From: Glycera tridactyla
Lineage: Eukaryota
NCBI GenBank assembly: GCA_965644265.1
Contig: OZ286459.1
Location: 34,906,001 to 34,970,000, forward strand
Direction of reading: 5' to 3'
DNA length: 64,000 nt
A program made the translations under genes and the position numbers. How positions within the stretch are numbered: position 1 is the first letter of the stretch; every line of letters begins with the position of its first letter. Under the pieces are notes generated by a model. The model had not been told where the DNA came from. It ran no database searches and saw only the letters and a list, made by a program, of their open reading frames with translations. Positions 12,692-24,600 of this stretch are shown here, in pieces.

Positions 12692-14704
12692 CAGGATGGT
12701 CACCGCCATCAGAAAATACGGCACGATCTAAGCTGGGTATTATGGCAGGTTTGGTTTATAGGTCCAGGTTTAACAGGACTATGTCTGCCGTGTGTTCCTG
12801 ATCAATGAATTGCACCAATAGGTATAGGAGAGGCTGGATACAGTATATACACCGTATTTATTTGCTGCATGTCATTGTGTGTATGGAGGGGGGGGGGGGG
12901 TGGTCACCATCGAGATCTTACATCCTGGCAGTGCACCTCCCAGCATATTGCAATTGTTGCATATCGATCTTGCATCAGCTAGAAGCAACTTGATTGGTGG
13001 GCTGTTTGTTTTATTACACATGGACGTTACCTGTGCTATATTAGGACACCCATGGAATGGGCATGGGCGGGATCATTCGACTCCCCCAATGGGCTCATCC
13101 AAGACTCTTCCACTTGTGTTCTGGATTAAAGGTGATACCATATAAAAATCAGACGCACAGATTGCCATTTCAGAAAACTTTACCTGTTATTATTCGAGCA
13201 CCATCAGTGCAATATTGTAATGCCCTTGCAAGTTAAATGGTCAGCACCGGAAAGTAAATCCTTGTGAAATCCTCGACATTCGATAGCCAGCGGTGGTATG
13301 ATTCGGGATTTTGATGCAGCAACACCATTTAGAAGACCAGATTTCTAATGCATACTGACCGGAGGCAGATAGCCACGTCTAATGCGATGTCTCTCAATGG
13401 AGCCAAATAAAAAGGCCACCTACCTACAAAATCAACCCTAGGCCAATGCAATGGGCTAGGCTGCGATCATTCATGACCTCCTGGATCCCCAACGGGAGGC
13501 GAAAATTTATCAAATTCATAGACACTAAAGGTGTCATTTCTGTTACTGAAAATGTTGGTCATGGTGCTACCCTGTTGCTACAAGGTCAGTAACTGGCTGG
13601 AAGTTGAAATGCCTGAAAGACTTCAAAATGATATGCATTTCCATCTGGACTTTGTAGAACTCGTATCCCCAGAACTTCTTCACCGATCCACGCCAAATCA
13701 ACTTAGCCTGAAGCATCTTGATGTGATGGGCGGTTGAAATGTTTGATGGTATGGACTTGGAGGAATCAATATTTTGTGGACTGCGGCATCAATCCACACT
13801 GGATCAACTTTTCCTGAAGCATCTCAATGTGAAGATGTGCACGGGCTCCTTTACTCCGGGCATGGACCAGTGATGGGCTACCCTATGGTCAGTTGAAAAG
13901 CCTGAAACACTTCAGAATGGCATGCACTCTGTGGAACCCATATATTCAAAGCCATTGCATTGATTCATATTGAAACTACTCTTCCTGGTGTGTCTCATTG
14001 TTTACATGTGCATTGGCACCTTTATTCAGGGCTTGGGTGAGTGCTGGGCTGCCCATGGGCAGTTGAAGAGCTTAAAACGCTTCTTAATGGCATGTATATA
14101 CTGACTCATTTATTCTGGGATTGGTCAAGTGAAGGGCTGCTTACAGGTAGTTGATGTATTGATTCACACCAGATCAATGTTACATTTAGCATTTTGCTGA
14201 GTGAACATGGGCTGACATATTTATCCACTTCAAAGCTTGGGTAGGTGATAAGATACTTATTGGCAGTTCAAATGGCAGAGGTGCTCACTGTAATAGCTGC
14301 TACACCGGTGGAGGACCTTACATCACTGATGCCTAGTATTGTTTCTGGATTGAAAACTGGTATCTTCCTCTATGCAAGACAATGGGTACCCAGTATGCTA
14401 GAGTGATTCCTTTCTCACCACGTGTTGATTCGCATGGTTGTATCACTTCCGCTTATGATCGAGCTGGTTGAATACCATGTGACACCTGTTTTGTAGAATG
14501 GTCCGGAAATGAATGACAGTTCGATCATGGCACTTGAGTACCTCGTTATGAGGGTACATCCAGGTTCCACACGCATATGCACCAGCATGAATACGAATTC
14601 ACATACAAGGAGTGAAATATTTATTATTCCTGAGTGTAGATGACATTGTAGACAAAATCAGCAACAACATAGGTATACTATTCATGTCCTCATGAGAATT
14701 GTGT

Positions 14705-14940
14705 GTGTGATTGTTTGTTTGGGTTTAACGTCCTTTCAACCACTTTGGGTTATATCAGACTGATGAAAGTGCTGAAGAAAAGAGGCACCACTGCTGGGGC
14801 TGTCTCTAATCTTCGCAAGAGACAGCTGTGGTTCTTTTATGTGCATACACAAATATATTCCTATATACACGGCCTGCTTTTGATATCCCAGTCAGGATGC
14901 TCTGGGTTTGACCTCACAAGATGGGGTAGACACTCAAGGT
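14705..14940 (-). mobile_element. SINE-like family 3 copy; others at ~27660-27900 and ~37900-38040
   Basis: Shared body (gggttatatcagactg...gctgaag...gacagcagtggttctttta) with (AAAC)n-type tail after gttaaaccc. Confidence 0.6.
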
Positions 14941-15439
14941 GCAGAAGTAAATATGATGAATGATAGTAAGTACCTGATACAGGTAGTTAAATGGTAGACA
15001 TGGTGGGGTCTACACAGTGGGGGCCACAGAGCGTTCCCTCTCCTCAAAATATATATCTGGCACCAAAAATGTGTAAAGTGGCACTGCTGTAACAGACAAA
15101 CCATCAACAACCGACACAGGAATAAGGAGACGGTTTTTCGCATACGATAAGATAGCTATGAATTAACAATTAACCCCAGAGGAGTGTATCACATGCTTAT
15201 GCAATCAGGTATCTTATCTACTATCCGAATCAACAATTTTGGATAACATTCATGTGCAATTGTAGGAAACATAGTGAGCGGTATGAGGTGCAAATATGAT
15301 AGTGGTAAAGACAATAAATATGGAGCTCTGGTGAACAGTGGGAATGGTTAGCACAGTTGTTGGCAGTGAGTCAGTGGAGTACCCCCTCCAGAATCACCAA
15401 GATTGAGCAGATTTTGCTTGGTTATGAATTCATTGGCTT

Positions 15440-16030
15440 GTTGATGAACAAACTTTACGAGGATCTTACCAATGATAAACAATAGGGGGATTTTCCGAAG
15501 TTACCAAAATCACTAGAAGGGCCCGCTTTATGTAGCACGGTCACAATTGCATGTTTCCAAGTCACTTGTACAGATAAGTCAAGATTGTACAAACACCTGG
15601 ACCAGATATCTTCGGGGAGTAACTGCTTGTGCCATCTGACCTTCATGATGTAGAGTTACTTGCATTTTTCATACCTTTCATTCACTAGGGTGCAAGGCCT
15701 GAGTGGGAAGCTCTACAGGAAAACTTCCTGCCACTTTGGAGCTGGCAAAAGTGAAGTAATGGTTGCTGTTGCTGGCTGTTTCAGCTAAGTTATCACTGGC
15801 CAATGAATCTGTGCTAAATGTGAGAATCATCTTTTCAGATATCAGTTGCCAGAAATGTTTGATTTGCTGCCACATGCGTTTACTATCCCCCTTGGTATTG
15901 TTTAGACATTTGCTCATATATTGTATTTTTGAAGTCTTGCTGAGTTGATTTCTAATATGGAAGGCATCCCCCTCCTTGGCAGCATTAAATGGGGAGAGAC
16001 TCGTCATAAGTGCAAGTTTGATATTCACAA
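15440..16030 (-). mobile_element. Decayed CR1/L2-type LINE fragment
   Basis: WKHAIVTVLHKAGPSSDFGNF (cf. WK.A.V.P..K.G...D..NYRP) and upstream TKGDSKRMWQQIK...SNHYF. Confidence 0.65.
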
Positions 16031-16624
16031 TAGTTTATTAGACTTAGCATGAGAGAACATATAGATGGAGTGCGGTACGGCGACCTTCAAATGACATCAG
16101 CTCTGATTGTAACTGTTTTCCAACAGCAGGGGGTGAACATTCCATAAAACAACACCCCACATTCAACCCTCTCCCTTCACACTAACCACCAAGTCTACAA
16201 GTCACCACAGCTCGAAGACAGCACAAACATGTTGTCATATTCTCTTTTCACTTTGGTCATCACACTTTTCCCAACAATGGCCCCCGGAGAAATCGATGAC
16301 CTAGAGGCTGGTATTGATCTGCTCCATGATGGGTAATTTCAAAACAAAAGGTCCACTACTACAAGAGATTGTTGATCAAGACAGGTCAGGTAAGGGGAGG
16401 GATAGCCTCCCACCTGCCTAGGGCAGGTAGTGTTTTGAGGTGGGCAGGTAATATTGATTTTACCTGCAGTTTACAAGTGAGAAAAGATAAATGCGAAGAT
16501 CATATAACTGGGACAGGCTGAAACGTAGGGGCTGTTGGATATCAAATCCATCTTCCCACTGGACAGGTAGATATCACTCTCATCCTGCAGATTGTTGGCT
16601 GGGGTCACTTGCACCGGCAGGCAA

Positions 16625-17195
16625 AGAAATACCACTCAGTGCAAATGGCCTTTTTATCACACACTAGCTACCCATGTCATATAATATATAGGCAGTATTA
16701 AACGAGCTTGCGGTGAAGAGTTATTCATCAATCTTGTGGCGGCAGGCATATGAACATCACTTGTGCAAATCAGTTTTAATCACACATTAGCTACCCATGT
16801 CATGGAATAAATAGACAGAATTGAACAAGTGTTCCGTAATTAGACATTCTTCAAACACCTGGCGGCCGGCATAGGAATATCACTCAAGTGCAAACTGGCT
16901 CTTTATCACACACTAACTACACATGTCATATAATGAATAGACAGAATTGAATGAGCATCGGGTAATGAGTCGTTCTTCAAACACCTGACGGCCAGCAGAG
17001 GAATATCACTCAAGTGCAAACCGGCTCTTCATCACACACTTACTACACATGTCATATAATGAATAGACAGAATTAAATGAGCATCCGGTAATGATGGCAG
17101 CAGGCATAGGAATATCACTTGTACGTAATTCGGCTTTTTATCACGCGCCAACTACACATATCACATAATGAATAGACAGAATTGAATGAGTATCC
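16625..17195 (+). repeat. Tandem repeat, ~5 units of ~110-126 bp
   Basis: Anchor atcacac..ctac.catgtcat recurs near 16657, 16779, 16905, 17030, 17140. Confidence 0.85.
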
Positions 17196-17375
17196 GGTTT
17201 GTTTGTTTGTTTAAGGTTTAACGGCATGTATCAACCCACAGGATAATGTATGCCGTGTGTTCCTGTTCAGTGAAAGCTAAATGTCTCTCCCCTGCAGACA
17301 TCACTCTCACAAACCCTGATCACAAGATAATGGGAAAGGTTGTCAAGTGAGGAAAAGTATTAGATTCAGTGAATA
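17195..17375 (-). mobile_element. SINE-like family 2 copy; also ~11860-12100, 12770-12810, 20630-20680, 31085-31260, 31880-32120, 33690-33755
   Basis: Shared ...ggaacacacggca...gggttgatacatgccgttaaacc 3' end followed by (AAAC)n/(CCAA)n tail. Confidence 0.65.
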
Positions 17376-18185
17376 CTTGACCGATGAGTTTAATTACAAA
17401 CTTCAAGCCAGCTTTACAATCATGGTATGCCCTATGCTCGCAGTACAATGCCATCACACAACCCGAAATACAATGTATGCTATGTGTTCCTGATCTATGA
17501 AAGCTGCATGTCTGATCCTTGCAGGTATCACTCATGAACCCTAAACACAAGATGATGGGGGAGATCAGAGAGGTTGACAAAAGGAGATGGCTCACAGTTC
17601 AGACATGCGTCAATGGCATGTCTAACCATGTGTCTGGCTGGAAGCCACACTTAGCTTCATCTGTGATGTGCTACATTGGTAGAGGTGTGTCTGAGCTGAC
17701 AGATACTACCATCTGACAATGTTTTTGGGTCCCCTTTATCTCATCTCTAGGGTCTATAGAAGTGATCGCTGGACGAACCAAAGTATCCTGTTCCATTACA
17801 TCTTGGGCACAAAATATACATAATTCCATGAAGCAACAACCTCCAACCAACCAATCAACCAATCTGGATTAAAGGTGATAACATATGAAAATCAGACGCA
17901 CAGATTGCCATTTCAGAAAACCTTACCATTTATTTTTCGAGCACCATCAGTGCAATATTGTAATGCCCTTGCAGGTGACATGGTCAACACCAGTCACAGT
18001 GTGCCCACCAGAAAGTAAATCCTTGTGAAATCCTCGACATTCGATAGCCAGCGGTAGTATGATTCGGCAGAATCACTTGGTCTATATCAAGACATTATAT
18101 AATGGGCGTAGAGGTATAATTTACGAGGACTCATTAAATGTACGTGTATATGAAAACCACGCATTTTAAATATTCACTAACTTGA

Positions 18186-18691
18186 CTAATTCCCTGCTTG
18201 GTCCAACGGGTACGTTATGAGCAAGCTCATGGTACCCAGCCCGACGATCATCATGTAAACAATGAGAAATATGCGATCGAGCACACGAGCCGCCAGATGC
18301 CACTCTCTGCCTTGCTTCTCTTCTTCTGCGTCCTGCTTCTTGGACTCCGCCATCTGGTGTATTTCTTCAGCAATCGATTCGATGACTGGCGTCTGGTGGG
18401 GTAAAGGAGCACTACTCAAGTGACGCTCTTCATGGCTGACAGCATGGCTTAAATCGACCTCCTGTGGGTGTGTCTTTTGGTGAATATGCAATCGCTTGAT
18501 TGCAGTTTGGGCATTTTGCCCCATTTCCGTCGAATCTGTCAAGTGGAGTATTCGCCCTAGCTTGTTGATCAGTATTAAACGAAGGAGGGGTGGTATTGGA
18601 CGAGCGGGATCTCTGTAGTGAATGTTCAACGTGACCACTGTGCAGACCAAGGACAAGCCCGTGATCACCATGATGCCAGCGAGGTAAACAC
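18186..18691 (-). CDS. Copy B exon 8 (M3, intracellular loop, MA, M4, stop)
   Basis: Acceptor gtttcag, phase 1; [29 protein letters not shown]...[30 protein letters not shown]; TAG at 18186-18188; AATAAA about 250 bp downstream (17929-17934). Confidence 0.95.
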
Positions 18692-21559
18692 CTGAAACGT
18701 AATTCAGACGGAATCCACAATCATGGAAATATTCACGTATTCCTGTCCTGAGATTTCCAATATGAATCAAGACTGATACATTCAGATTCAATCCTGAAAT
18801 TACGACGACAATGAATGCGGTGTGGAACTACAGATCATATCATTCCTATTTTGAGAACAAATCCCCTGATACATCTCTGGAGGAAGTACTAAATTCGAAT
18901 TCAGATTCAAAAACTCTGATTCGAACTTGAAACCCTTAACCTATGCATTGGTGGATGATACAAATGTACACAATATTATCAGCAAATCACTGTGAGTGTC
19001 TATCAGTGAACATAGGGACATTTCTATGCCGGGTTGGTCTTCCGAGCGAAATTGGTGATCGAAATTTTCTCCCTTGCTTCTCCGTCATCATCTCTACTAA
19101 ATATCAAGACACACGCTTTCCTTCCCCATGATCAAAGCAGGGATGTGGCGCTTCTATTCATCGTTGAATACAGACATATTTGTCATTCTGTTAAGCAATC
19201 TGCAGGATCTGGTTGCAGTTCTTCCCGCCCATTTTGGCATATTCAATATAAGATCATCTGACGAGGATCTAATATATATGCTTGCTGCATGGAACACCCT
19301 GTAGGTTACAGACATTTATGAGCATTCCTCCGACAGACAATCAATCAATTTACCTCAAATCTTTGCCCGCCCCATGGGGCTCAAGAATATAAGCTAAGAA
19401 AAAGGGTTGGTAATTTCTAAGTCCCATGGAATTGTCTCACATCAGGTCGGTAGGTTGCTATTGGTGGCGTTTGTGCTATATTGCGACACCCATGTAAAGG
19501 GCAAGAGTGGGTTCACCCAAGACTCCTCTCTCTCAGTCTCTCGACGGAAGTCTGGAGTGAGGTTGAGGGGGGGGGGGGGGTACAGATGAACTTTGAAACG
19601 TTTCTCCAAGCCATTGAATGTGATGCTGAAGTTCTACTTCCATCGAATAAAACAAGAACGCCTTGGTATTGGAAGCCCCATTTCTGGGCGAGATGTTGGT
19701 TGGTTGGTTGTTCAAAGTCTCATGAAAATCCGTCATTAGGAGTAAGTGTATTTAGCTTTCACTTGGTCGAATCTAGAGTGATATCTTATGGCAGTTTCAC
19801 TGATTGGGATATGCAGACTCTATTCACCAACCAATGAAGGATATATTACTGAATGGATGTAATGGGAGAATTGAACATCTCCTGGATGTCGTGTAAATTC
19901 AAATTCAATCCAATTCAATTCAATAATCTTTATTCAAACACGTATTAATAAGTATATACAAATTAAATTTTCTTCGAGATCATGAACCCGAGTTTAATTC
20001 CAGCCCAGAAGAGCTGTTGGTTGGTTGCTTGTTTCGAGGGTGATACTTCAAGACTCTTTCTGGTCCCCATCAGACGGTGAACTTTCATGAAATTCATAGA
20101 AAATCGAGATGTCATTCCGAATGAGCTATATTATGACGCCTATGTAATTTACATGAGTGGAATCGTTCAAAATGGTCGGTTGGTTGGTTGTTTTCTCCAT
20201 CTGGGCTATAACAAGACCCCCTTGCAATGGCTATGGGTGGGATCATTTAAGACTCTGGGTCCCCGACCGAAGGTGACATTCAAGAAATTTGACGACCCTC
20301 ATCATTCGAGACTCCTCCTTCTGGGTAGGGAAAATAGAAAATCCCGTGATGCAAAATACTTACTGAGTGTTGGAACATTTTCGGATGTTCTTGGCGTGAT
20401 GTCACTGAGCAGGATGAGGAAGACAGAGAAGGAAAGGAGGATGGTGATGGAGATGGAGAGCTTCTCTCCTGCATTCACGGGGATGCTGAAGGGTACACAT
20501 GCGAGGATCGAGAGTACCAGACAGGGAATCAACAGGTTGAGAATGTAGTAGGCCGGTTTCCGCTGTAGGACCAGCTCAAACTCAATGTTCCCGATCACAT
20601 ACCTAGGAAGCGTGCTGTGAAACAGACATGATGATTAGGAACACATTGCAGAGTATCCTTTGGGTTGATACATGCCGTTAAAGGAGATAACGAAGACTTT
20701 TGCCACGATCGGCATGGGTTTGTAGATGTCTAAGCCCCAATTAACAAATTCCAGTCATTTTTTTTCGAATCCAGGTTGTTTTGTCAGAGAACAGAATTTT
20801 ATGAGGCAGCTGCTCAGATTTCCGAATCAGATTTAGATTGATAATAGTGTGCCAGTCCAACGCCAGGGGTTTGCCAAGTGGTCACGGCTGTATAAAAGGC
20901 TAGAAATCAGGCTCTTTAGATGAGACAGCCATATGGTGGATCAGGTGCATCATCTCCAGTTCCCCTGCTATCCACTGACAGGCCCTAGCAACAGTAGTAG
21001 GGTCCATGGTAGCTAAGATGGCCACCCAACCTGGATGCTGTCTGGTTTGGGCTAAACTTCTCATTCTTCATGACATTTTTATATGTGAAAGGTCATGTGA
21101 ATGACCTTGAATATGGGTCAGGCATGTAGCTGATGATTGAATCTCCAGACTGTGAGGTCATTTGCACTATATGAACTCTGGGTCACTGTTTGGACTTCGG
21201 CTCTCTATGTGAAACACAACTCTGGATGTTGGGAGTCAGTGTAAATATTAGTGGTCACACAGGAAATTAATCATCTATTGATTGGAGCCGATTACTCCCT
21301 AATTACTTATATGTTGTCAAAGAATAACACCATGAGGACAGTTTGGATGCTTGGCATATGTGGATCAAATTTCCTTGTGAAGTGAATGACCTCTCACTAT
21401 AAAGACCACTTTTTTATGCAACTGAAGGTGGCCTTTAAAGACAGGTTCAACTGTACATATATTCTCATCAGATATTGTTGCAAATGTATAAGTCTCACTG
21501 GGTTTCAGCTATAAGATTTAATATTCTCTCATATGATTTGATTTAAAGATCCAGAATTT

Positions 21560-21618
<59 letters not shown>

Positions 21619-24600
21619 AAAGGGGGCAGGCACACAGGCAGACCAATATGCATAGGTGCTGGATAAACAGACACTGAGAAACAAATGTAGACACAGATTC
21701 AGAGAGATTGACAAAGAGGTATTCATCGAAATAGAGGATGAGACTGTCACACTGACATTGCTTTTCTACTACTATATAGACTCCTGTATTTCTTCAAATC
21801 CTTCATTCTCGGGACTGATGCATCTTCTGAGATGGCACCATCCTTTTTTTAGTTTCACATTTCAAGGGTGAAACTAATTGTCCTTGTTGAACTTTCATCA
21901 GATGGGAATCCGTGGAGATATCCTGTCAATCCACTTTTGTTTCAATTCCCATTACGACATCCAAATACCACTGAAGGGCATGATGAGACCTGTGTGTTTT
22001 GACAATGTGTTGTTTTGACCTATTATTTTTGCACTGAGCTTGAGATAGCGGTGGACCTCTTGATGTCACATACCCTTCACATGCCGATGATACCCGAGGA
22101 ATACCAATGTACCAGATTCAAACATTCCAACAAGTATATGTAAATGTTCATATTCTTTCACATCGTTTAAATATGATTCATTCTTTTTATCTCCTTTAAT
22201 GATTAGGAACACATGGCACAGTATTCTCTGGGTTAATACATGCCATTGATAATTAGGAACACATGGCAGAGTATTCTCTGGGTAAATACATGCCATTGAT
22301 AATTAGGAACACATGGCAGAGTATTCTCTGGGTTAATACATGCCATTGATAATTAGGAACACATGGCAGAGTATCCTCTGGGTAAATACATGACATTGAT
22401 AATTAGGAACACATGGCAGAGTATTCTCTGGGTTAATACATGCCATTGATAATTAGGAACACATGGCAGAGTATTCTCTGGGTTAATACATGCCATTGAT
22501 AATTAGGAACACATGGCAGAGTATTCTCTGGGTTAATGCATGCCATTGATAATTAGGAACACATGGCAGAACATCCTCTGGGTTGATACATGCCGTCAAC
22601 CAACCTTAACCAATCTAGCTATGCACAGGCACAGTCAAGTCATTTTGAGGATTGTCTGAGTTGTGTGGGTTATATTGAAATGTGCCAATAGAAAGTATCG
22701 AAGTACTCAAAAAATCGGTTTTCCATGGTTGCGTGGCAATCGCCAGTGGTGCATTTGCTAGGTATACGCGATTAGTAACAGTAATATGTCTTCCCCCTCT
22801 TTCGTGTTCATTATTAGACAGGTCTACTTGAATACAACACTAGTTATGTAACAGTAATATTAACGACAATAATTATAATAGCTGTGCCCTCATAGTGGCA
22901 CCATAATGCGCCTTTGTTGCAGCTTCATAATGAATGACGTACAAATCGAGATGGTGTACTTGTGTGTAATCTATTAGTGCGATTCAAGTGCTGAGACAAC
23001 ATATCCCAGCGCACAACGATAATTCTGTTGGGCATGTTCATCACAGTCTGTCAAGTCTGGATGGGACGAATATCTTTTCTGATAAAGTGTATCTCACAGA
23101 CATTGTAGACATCTTCCGGCGACTTGGAATTGGATCTCAATGAAGTTTGATCACACATTTGACCCGTGGGTATCAAAGCTGTCAGGCTTTTACAAAGAGG
23201 ATGGTGGTCGTTTCGCATGGTTTCAGTTGATAATATCGAAAGAATCACCTTATGAACGCAATGAATGAAATCAGAAAAGAGTCATTGTAACTGTAACTCT
23301 GATCAGATGAGATATGGTGACTTATGAGAATCATACCCCGATCTAACAGAACTAACTGTCTGTATGTCTATACCCTCCTCTCTCCTCCCTATCTACCTAT
23401 CCAACCATCCATTCAGTCANNNNNNNNNNNNNNNNNNNNNNNNNNNNNNNNNNNNNNNNNNNNNNNNNNNNNNNNNNNNNNNNNNNNNNNNNNNNNNNNN
23501 NNNNNNNNNNNNNNNNNNNNNNNNNNNNNNNNNNNNNNNNNNNNNNNNNNNNNNNNNNNNNNNNNNNNNNNNNNNNNNNNNNNNNNNNNNNNNNNNNNNN
23601 NNNNNNNNNNNNNNNNNNNNNNNNNNNNNNNNNNNNNNNNNNNNNNNNNNNNNNNNNNNNNNNTTGGTGCGGGTTGACGTCTTCTTGAGCAGTTCAAACT
23701 CTTTACTCCCGGTGTAGAATTCCAGGTTGATCTCATCATGTTGTGCTATCAGGTTGACCATTTTCACCCCATGAACCAGGTTACCAATCTACAGCATGCA
23801 ATAATATACTGTCTGCAAACTGCTATCATATCAATTCGACATCACAGCAAACTGCTATCATATCGATCTGACATCACAGCAAACTGCTATCATATCAATT
23901 CGACATCACAGCAAACTGCTATCATATCGATCTGACATCACAGCAAACTGCTATCATATCAATCCGACATCACAGCAAACTGCTATCATATCAATCCAAC
24001 ATCATAGCAAACTGCTATCATATCAATTCGACATCACAGCAAACTGCTATCATATCAATCCAACATCACAGCAAACTGCTATCATATCAATCCAACATCA
24101 TAGCAAACTGCTATCATATCAATCCGACATCACATCAAACTGCTATCATATCAATCCGGCATAATAGCAAACTGCTATCATATCAATCCAGCATCACAGT
24201 AAACTGCTATCATATCAATCTGACATCACAGCAAACTGCTATCATATCAATCCGACATCACATCAAACTGCTATCATATCAATCCGGCATCACAGCAAAC
24301 TGCTATCATATCAATCCGGCATCACAGTAAACTGCTATCATATCAATCTGACATCACAGCAAACTGCTATCATATCAATCCGACATCACAGCAAACTGCT
24401 ATCATATCAATCCAACATCATAGCAAACTGCTATCATATCAATTCGACATCACAGCAAACTGCTATCATATCAATTCGACATCACAGCAAACTGCTATCA
24501 TATCAATCCAACATCATAGCAAACTGCTATCATATCAATTCAACATCATAGCAAACTGCTATCATAACAATCCAACATCACATCAAACTGCTATCATATC

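Noticed and set aside
12755-12760. TATAAA upstream of copy A exon 1
   Set aside because: Not conserved in copy B and adjacent to a repeat remnant.
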